Virus record (IMG/VR): IMGVR_UViG_3300006922_000005
Origin: a virus
Lineage: Duplodnaviria; Caudoviricetes
DNA: 64,000 bases
Direction: 5' to 3' (one strand)
How positions within the stretch are numbered: the stretch's first letter is position 1; each line of letters begins with the position of its first letter. This document shows positions 59,701-64,000 of the stretch, in pieces. The notes below the pieces were generated by a model, which worked only from the letters and a program-made list of their open reading frames with translations, was not told the DNA's origin and ran no database searches. The position numbers and the translations under genes are program-made.

Positions 59701-60843
59701 ATATCTTTTTGCTCCATACTTAATAACGTCACCAGCGGAGTAAACTGTAGTATTATCCCATGTACCTCTTTCATTATAAGAAGTTGCAAAGATATCCCAG
59801 TTGTTTGTTTCTGTTGGTGCTACGCCTGCAGAGTCATTTTTAGCAATGTAAAGATAACCACCGTATGTAACAATGTCTTGGAAGAAATAACTTTCTGAAG
59901 AATTATAAGCACCTCTCCAACCTGCGCCTGCGGCAACTAATGCCCAGTAAACTGAACTTTCACTAACAGTAATTGTTGACCAATCATCGTTAGTTGCTTG
60001 TTCAGTCATGTCAGGATGGTTATGACAGTACCAATATAAAGTATCTGGTGAACTTTGTGGTACAGTAATTCTTACTTGTCTTGTTGTTGCGGCATCAAAG
60101 CCTGCTAGGTATTGTGTTCTACCTAATTGTAATTGTCCGTCTAAATAATATTCAACACCTTCTTCGTATACTGCTCCACCTGCGTGTGAACCATTTCCTG
60201 TTCTTGAAAATAGTATTGGGTGTCCGTTGTTAGTACCACTATCTTGATTAAAGATATAAGTGTTACCTTCAGTAAACGCTAAGTCTGGTGCTTGTGTTCC
60301 GTCTACAAAATATCTGTTACCACCTGTGCCACCTAAAGTATCAACATTAACAGTAATAGTGTATGTAGTAGCGGATGGGGCGCCACCTGGTTTATTACTA
60401 CCTGTTGTGTGTTGAAGATTTAAGTAAAGTGAATTTCCGTAAGTTACTAGGTTACCAATATTATATTCTGATGCGTTATTATATTCGCCATCATATTGTA
60501 AACCTGAAATATATAAGTTTGAATTTGTACTAGTAGAACTTTCAAAGTTTGCTCCCGCAGTGTGTCCTGTAAGTACAATATAAACGTTTGATTTATATTT
60601 TACAATATCACCTGGTTTGTAAACTGTTGCTGTTACCCAATCACCTTTCCAGTCAGTACCGCCTGCCATTTTTTCAAGTTTATCACTTGATAAATCTGCT
60701 TCGACATTTGAAGAAGTGTGATTTTCTTTTACTACATATGATATACCACCATGTAGTACTACATCGTCTTTAATGTATGAGTAGCCTGTTACCCAAGCGC
60801 CTCTCCATTTAAACTTAATTCTACCTAGATTAAAATCTGCCAT
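53707..60843 (-). CDS. giant multi-domain tail fibre / virion structural protein
   Basis: 2378 aa; N-terminal W/Y-x-G-x-W/Y...D-V-V repeats, cupredoxin-like insert, beta-helix-like region, propeller-like repeats, Ig-like domains, Kelch-like C-terminus. Confidence 0.85.
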   Translation of the reverse strand: MADFNLGRIKFKWRGAWVTGYSYIKDDVVLHGGISYVVKENHTSSNVEADLSSDKLEKMAGGTDWKGDWVTATVYKPGDIVKYKSNVYIVLTGHTAGANFESSTSTNSNLYISGLQYDGEYNNASEYNIGNLVTYGNSLYLNLQHTTGSNKPGGAPSATTYTITVNVDTLGGTGGNRYFVDGTQAPDLAFTEGNTYIFNQDSGTNNGHPILFSRTGNGSHAGGAVYEEGVEYYLDGQLQLGRTQYLAGFDAATTRQVRITVPQSSPDTLYWYCHNHPDMTEQATNDDWSTITVSESSVYWALVAAGAGWRGAYNSSESYFFQDIVTYGGYLYIAKNDSAGVAPTETNNWDIFATSYNERGTWDNTTVYSAGDVIKYGAKRYIVKQGQTPPVGTTPTTTQYYDVFVEAFEYKGIWQDTTEYYPGDIVLEGGRLWEAQVVHTSTLSNNPSDPASGGGIWSTFLPGMKWNGQYNATTTYYTDDVVEYNLSSYIALRETIGDTPNVSASDWSLVAQGDASTITTTRGDMVVRGTVGNVPLAIGPAGSYLYSDGTDVKWGAQTPQQDYFVSPQGDDSNDGRTPATAWKTIRHACDTVFNRGQSIIAIASGSYTEQCPIRVGKGIVVEGGGLGAVDVQPDTTNDNGFGVGISDDGSTPNANSAVFQMNNGARLRNIVFRNFSTGSVQAQLDPGTGPNDTSVWITSQSPYVQNCTNFTPGGTGMKIDGALHNGGYKSMVANDWTQINSDGIGVHALNDGRSELVSVFTYYCDVGYLAESGGKIRSVNGSSAYGEFAVRADGFSQAETPLTGHIRLATQELNAIQEVQHDVTFNTSFKDSTGDIFAVGHTAPGYSGTNYATFQQSSSYMYFARWTGNTLDWQQTLGAPTSDNVGFPGELNCVCEDTAGGYYAAGRIYQNSVYKGFIVKFTRLGEIQWQKVISATDNITGMVHDEGQALYIAGNHSTAGATLAKLSNGGVIQWSETINYDGSTTNSIDVVSLAFGRESLSSTVTYVTEGAADLEGKVFLGFNDTTANETGIVAYDSNGNYVKSFHLGDYSMFDMKFDNTGEDGLYFAVGGQYVRSVTSYAYPQTQLTYSGSTATTVANVNIGGGQGGSVRIAFDTGGATLDQDANITVGYSLFSSGTGVATIVANQGVTGNQHIIDVNITSGTFVNGENAEMRSPPTVNTYDNPILARIRLDGEVAWQKQYASLKTGRYKAVTPLGDELYAVGSIETVAGSNVYNGLISSFDSTGIHAFSRELSDNDSGVELNSISIDGVNLIMAGMTNGNNAGYFNFTRTGGGFGTLDDSSGAYNYITVTPTIEDATILDYKFHDMDFSDATLALTDTNGVVDNSPEKVLSIQATRQGFASIGTGISFTVDGLTRPIKDGSVAFIDGDSETYFIISTSGYQQPTFVTGNDPNAYALLNANKEFLQEEVIQYIDATYPSLVYDTALCRRDTGLIIDAVLFDLDTASNGQSVDAGYSYYSSPSARYAITTQKAETVAANTYLKTIIGNVINETVPTTVRGAVSQVTDAGLVREAGSDARAQALVQVVIDIINIGKAAAPAKINYGTSNIAVDPKVPSNKTPDEGARVTIREAFSQVRMTGHDFLDIGTGGFADTNYPVIIKADYGQTPNQEAETVSQNGGRVFYVTTDQDGNFRVGDYFKVEQATGRATLSSEEFDLTGLNELQLGSITAGKTGATINEFSTDPNLTDISDNSVPTEGAVYKFVKSGFMGTDALVLARGATNQRPTETIEGMLRYNTTLKTIEFYNGTEWATSGGAGLSIVSITPNIFDPDVDTTIEILGDKFSDPTGVKFGTITVPLSSVTYVSEQEITVQTGAGVFSGLAAGRYNVELTTTNGSKSTLPRGIEIDNAPTANTPAGSLGSFSETTTVNITSCTATDADGDTITYTVILDAGSLFADQGGPLTMNSATGAITGTLPSVPSTTTKTFTVRFASQGTNGTTNTDVIYSIEILQNTAPTFTSPTAGTTPGGDDGTTSDSTYGTTSIQLTANEPDPGQTVSYSVQADPEGLFSNGLSLNAGTGLISGTINHSWLNRAYDRTGSVTIRVTDDAAFPASDDVTFNIKGRTTWRYRTVINRGYMAGGYKSSVPWSNVNRTSHSNDTSNNLGNIMSQPGTYMDGGHSDVTGWSWGNDPSYPTNSNRGWAFNMTNDSSKGYNNSSLNMSTGRNDHGVSNYDTQFSVITGGGSANTDIMNHSTETMRTNVNNSGLSSDYVGAAWSSTAGYHWNGTHRKISFSTESWSGMFGTQGTHSKGLTSKYGYYYIGPPNNSRNLEKVNSSNDSSQGTIGNFPNGQNTQGEHNMQMGQDAGYSVGMWQGSNGQANDSWKLTYSNDSMSNGSSGQSALQPKGQPGCSSGACFSTGI

Positions 60844-60867
60844 GTTCTATTACCCATCCTTATTTAT

Positions 60868-61242
60868 TTATTTTGGCTCGGTGTATGTATAATTCTCATT
60901 GAATCTAACAATAAGATTACCATCATCGTCGATAAAATAAAATTGATCCCTTCCACTAAACTTATATTGATCATATAACGTATTACTATTTGGTTTTCCT
61001 GTTGTATGATTGTAGTTATCAAAACTATAGGTAATACCTTCCCAACTAGAATTTCCAGCATCAGTTGAAACAGTAAGAGTGGTATTTTTATCAATCATAT
61101 CAAATTTTGTATACGTTAGCATTCCGTCGTTGTCGACTGATAACCCGTGAAAACTGTCTTCTCTTGTACCAGCATATTCACCGCCACCGCCGCCGCCTCC
61201 GCCGCCGCCTCCGTCTGCTATAATTCTTGCATTACTTGCCAA
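60868..61242 (-). CDS. small structural-region protein with poly-Gly tract
   Basis: TTG start with SD GGAG and TAAATA; 11 consecutive Gly. Confidence 0.7.
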   Translation of the reverse strand: MASNARIIADGGGGGGGGGGGEYAGTREDSFHGLSVDNDGMLTYTKFDMIDKNTTLTVSTDAGNSSWEGITYSFDNYNHTTGKPNSNTLYDQYKFSGRDQFYFIDDDGNLIVRFNENYTYTEPK

Positions 61243-61279
61243 AATAGTATCTCCGTTGTAAACTTAAAAGTATTTATGC

Positions 61280-62821
61280 TTATCTGGAAAAACTAATTCC
61301 ACCTGTAAAGTTATACTTTAAACCACTTACAAAGGGTGTTTGTAAATATTTGTTGTTAGCACCATTTAATGCTCTAAAATTTTGATAATCTGTACTAGGT
61401 GTACCAACAGTTGGGTCATTTAGTCTATTATCTACTGCTTGATCTTGTAGCCACGCAAGACAATCTGCTTGTGTATAATAAGGTCTTGCTTGTAATAATT
61501 GAGTTAAAATACCACAAACTTGTGGTGATGCCATTGATGTTCCTTGTAACTTTCTAATTTTGTAACTTGCATTATCAGGGTGTGTTGTACTATTAGCATC
61601 TAAATCTGATCCATTTGGAATTGCCGCTTGGATTGCATATCCAGGAGCAAAAATATCAACTCTTGGTCCTTTTTCGCTAAAGTCTGTAGATTTTTCTTGA
61701 CCTAGTGTATACTCATAATCAATTGCTCCAGTACATATCACATTAGAACTTGCTTGAGGTGTTCCGCCTCGATGATAATATCTATTACCTAGCGTTGAAC
61801 TTGTCCAAAAATTATTATAATCTAATCCAGTTGGTAAGTCCATTTTATGAGCCGCATTACCTGCCGCAGATACTAATATCATTCCTGCTTCAATACAATC
61901 TTCTATATCACTATCAACTGATGTTACTCTTATAGGGTGTGTATAAAGGCCGCCATTTAAGTTTCTTTCTACCATTCCGTATTGTGCTTCAGTCGATGTG
62001 CCTGTCCAAGTTGTACCTCTCCATTGTCCGCCTACAATGTTTGTATATGTTCCGAAATATCCCCAACTCATATTAACTATTGTTGGTCTGTCATTTTTCT
62101 TTAAATTGTGCCATGCTCTCATTAAATTAAAACTTGCACTTACACCATATAAATCTGTATCAAAAATCTTAATAGCATAAATGTCAGCGTTGTTTGCCCA
62201 GCCATATAGTTTTCCTGCTGTTGTACTTGCACAATGAGTACCATGACCATATTGATCAGTATAGTGTTGAGCACCTTGGGTGTAAATACCACTCAATCCA
62301 CTTTCAACTGGCCAATCAATTTGTTTTAATCTTGTAGTTACACCGTCTCTGGTAAGCCATTCAGGATGGCCAACTTCTATTCCACTATCTTGTATTATAA
62401 CATCAACACCTGTACCATCTAAATTATAAGCATGTGTGTAGTCTGATGTTGTTCCTCCAGAATATCTACTTGTGCGTGAAGTACATTCAGCAAATGCCCA
62501 CGGGTAATCAGTATTATCAACTGTGTTATCTCTGTTGTGGTTTCTTACAGGCTCAGTAACATTGTGCATAGGCATTATGCCGTTTTCTGTTTTTGTTCCC
62601 CAACGTACATCTCGTACTCGTGAATCATTTTTTAATGTTTCTGCTTCTTCTTTTGTAAGAACAAAATCAAAGTTACTAATAGAATCTAATTTTTCATTGT
62701 GTAAAGTAATTGAACGTGCAGGTATAGAGTCACTACCAAATGCAGTTGTCATGTTGTTTAAAAATTCGTCAGCGTTTACACCTTTGTGTAGTGTAACTAC
62801 TGCTTTGTTTTCTTCACTCAT
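61280..62821 (-). CDS. subtilisin-like S8 serine protease
   Basis: VIIQDSG (Asp), HGTHCAST (His), AAGN (oxyanion hole), GTSMASP (Ser). Confidence 0.93.
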   Translation of the reverse strand: MSEENKAVVTLHKGVNADEFLNNMTTAFGSDSIPARSITLHNEKLDSISNFDFVLTKEEAETLKNDSRVRDVRWGTKTENGIMPMHNVTEPVRNHNRDNTVDNTDYPWAFAECTSRTSRYSGGTTSDYTHAYNLDGTGVDVIIQDSGIEVGHPEWLTRDGVTTRLKQIDWPVESGLSGIYTQGAQHYTDQYGHGTHCASTTAGKLYGWANNADIYAIKIFDTDLYGVSASFNLMRAWHNLKKNDRPTIVNMSWGYFGTYTNIVGGQWRGTTWTGTSTEAQYGMVERNLNGGLYTHPIRVTSVDSDIEDCIEAGMILVSAAGNAAHKMDLPTGLDYNNFWTSSTLGNRYYHRGGTPQASSNVICTGAIDYEYTLGQEKSTDFSEKGPRVDIFAPGYAIQAAIPNGSDLDANSTTHPDNASYKIRKLQGTSMASPQVCGILTQLLQARPYYTQADCLAWLQDQAVDNRLNDPTVGTPSTDYQNFRALNGANNKYLQTPFVSGLKYNFTGGISFSR

Positions 62822-62830
62822 TTACACACC

Positions 62831-64000
62831 TTATGAAATGTTAATTTGACCAACCATGTTGCCATGGAATTGACATTGATAATATAATGTTGATGGTGCA
62901 CCAAATGGAACTTCAAAAATTATTACGCCGTTTGCACTACCTGAAACTCCAGTTGTGTATTGATTTCCTGTACCTGTACCTGCTGTTGTTTTTATTAACA
63001 ACGGATGTGCGCCACCGGTTCCTGTGTTATCAAGGTAATATGTATTACCTCTTCTAAAATATAAATCTGGATCGTTTGGTGTTCCTGTTAAACCAGGTCC
63101 TCCTACTTGATAGTTACTTGCATCAACAGCATTAAATTCATAACGATAACTTGGACCGTTTGCATTAACCCAGTTAGTTCCGTTGTAAACTAACATTTGT
63201 CCTGTTTCAACTGAACTTAGGCTAACATCAGTAAGTTGTGTTAAGTTACTTGCACCGCCACTAGCAGTACTATTAATTGTAACTGTGTCAGTACTATTGT
63301 TAGTAGTAATTGTAATATCTGTTCCAGCAACAAGTGTTAATGTATCTGTTGAAGAGTCTGCTACAACATCATTTTGTCCTGATACTACTATAGTTTCAAA
63401 AGAATTAGAACTACCACCAGAGGCATTAATTGTAATGTTACCTTCAGCATCACTTGCTGTAGTTACATTTGTACCACCTATGATTTTTATACTTTCTCCA
63501 GGACCTACATCTCTAATTGTAGAATCGTCTGCGCCAATACCAAAACTTGTAAGTGTGTTTTCGTCAACGTATTTTTTAGTGGCCGCATCTTGTGCATTTG
63601 TTGGATCTAATAATCTTACAATTTTAGTACCTTGTAAATTAATTTCACCAACAACATCAAATAACAAATCATTTCCAGATTGTAGTGTAGGAGTTCCTGC
63701 ACCGCTACTTTGTATACTAGGTGCATCGATAACTGCCGCTGTAATAGTACCTGTGCTTGTAATAGAGCCCGTTGTGCCGGTGATAGCAACATTTTGTACA
63801 CTTAGAGTGTTTGTACCGTTATTCCACGATAAACCGCTTGATGTGTTTACTAGAGTTGTTCCTGTTGCTGAGTAATAAGCAATTCTACCTGCTAGACCAC
63901 TTGTTACTGTTCCTGAGCCTCCTGATCCTGCACTTGCATTAATTGTAATTTGATCAGTAGTTGGATCAGTTGTAAGTGTAATATTTGATCCTGCTACAAG
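62831..64000 (-). CDS. virion structural/fibre protein, 5'-truncated by the window edge
   Basis: frame is open from 64000; repeats like DTLTLVAGTDITITT, PTNAQDAATKKYVD; C-terminal cupredoxin-like motif. Confidence 0.8.
   Translation of the reverse strand, partial: LVAGSNITLTTDPTTDQITINASAGSGGSGTVTSGLAGRIAYYSATGTTLVNTSSGLSWNNGTNTLSVQNVAITGTTGSITSTGTITAAVIDAPSIQSSGAGTPTLQSGNDLLFDVVGEINLQGTKIVRLLDPTNAQDAATKKYVDENTLTSFGIGADDSTIRDVGPGESIKIIGGTNVTTASDAEGNITINASGGSSNSFETIVVSGQNDVVADSSTDTLTLVAGTDITITTNNSTDTVTINSTASGGASNLTQLTDVSLSSVETGQMLVYNGTNWVNANGPSYRYEFNAVDASNYQVGGPGLTGTPNDPDLYFRRGNTYYLDNTGTGGAHPLLIKTTAGTGTGNQYTTGVSGSANGVIIFEVPFGAPSTLYYQCQFHGNMVGQINIS

Noticed and set aside
53707-60843. Diversity-generating retroelement targeting the fibre tip
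   Set aside because: No reverse transcriptase and no template/variable repeat pair visible in this window
895-63875. Many antisense or overlapping ORFs in the six-frame track (e.g. 895-1146, 3219-3569, 26151-26561, 29304-29657, 58670-59158, 63285-63875)
   Set aside because: Shadows of well-supported genes on the opposite strand; no RBS, promoter or motifs
1-64000. Stop-codon reassignment
   Set aside because: Conserved genes are full-length in the standard code and tightly packed

Overview
A 64-kb, AT-rich segment of a large T4-like (myovirus) dsDNA phage genome, probably uncultured and aquatic. The host cannot be fixed from this window: a TraR/DksA gene and sigma70 promoters lean proteobacterial, and no photosynthesis genes are present. 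Content in order: small late genes; a replication block (gp41-like helicase, primase, TraR/DksA, a 189-aa mini-DnaE, gp62-like, UvsW); a ~10-kb glycosyltransferase/methyltransferase island; uvsY/uvsX/gp32; terminase and head-related genes; tail tube and sheath; neck genes; a 2OG-oxygenase/halogenase/U32-methyltransferase island; a 2378-aa tail fibre; an S8 protease. Main observations: (1) A glutamine riboswitch (glnA class, 810-853) starts at the predicted +1 of a late promoter and sits upstream of a 63-aa basic protein with a motif like cyanobacterial glutamine synthetase inactivating factors. (2) An ORF-less ~250-nt structured transcription unit has its own sigma70 promoter and terminator (23981-24265). 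(3) At least 8 genes show exact TAAATA-N5-ATG spacing, implying leaderless late mRNAs. (4) The mini-DnaE keeps all three catalytic aspartates. (5) Two virion proteins carry type-1 copper-site motifs. All assignments come from motif recognition by eye; no searches were run.
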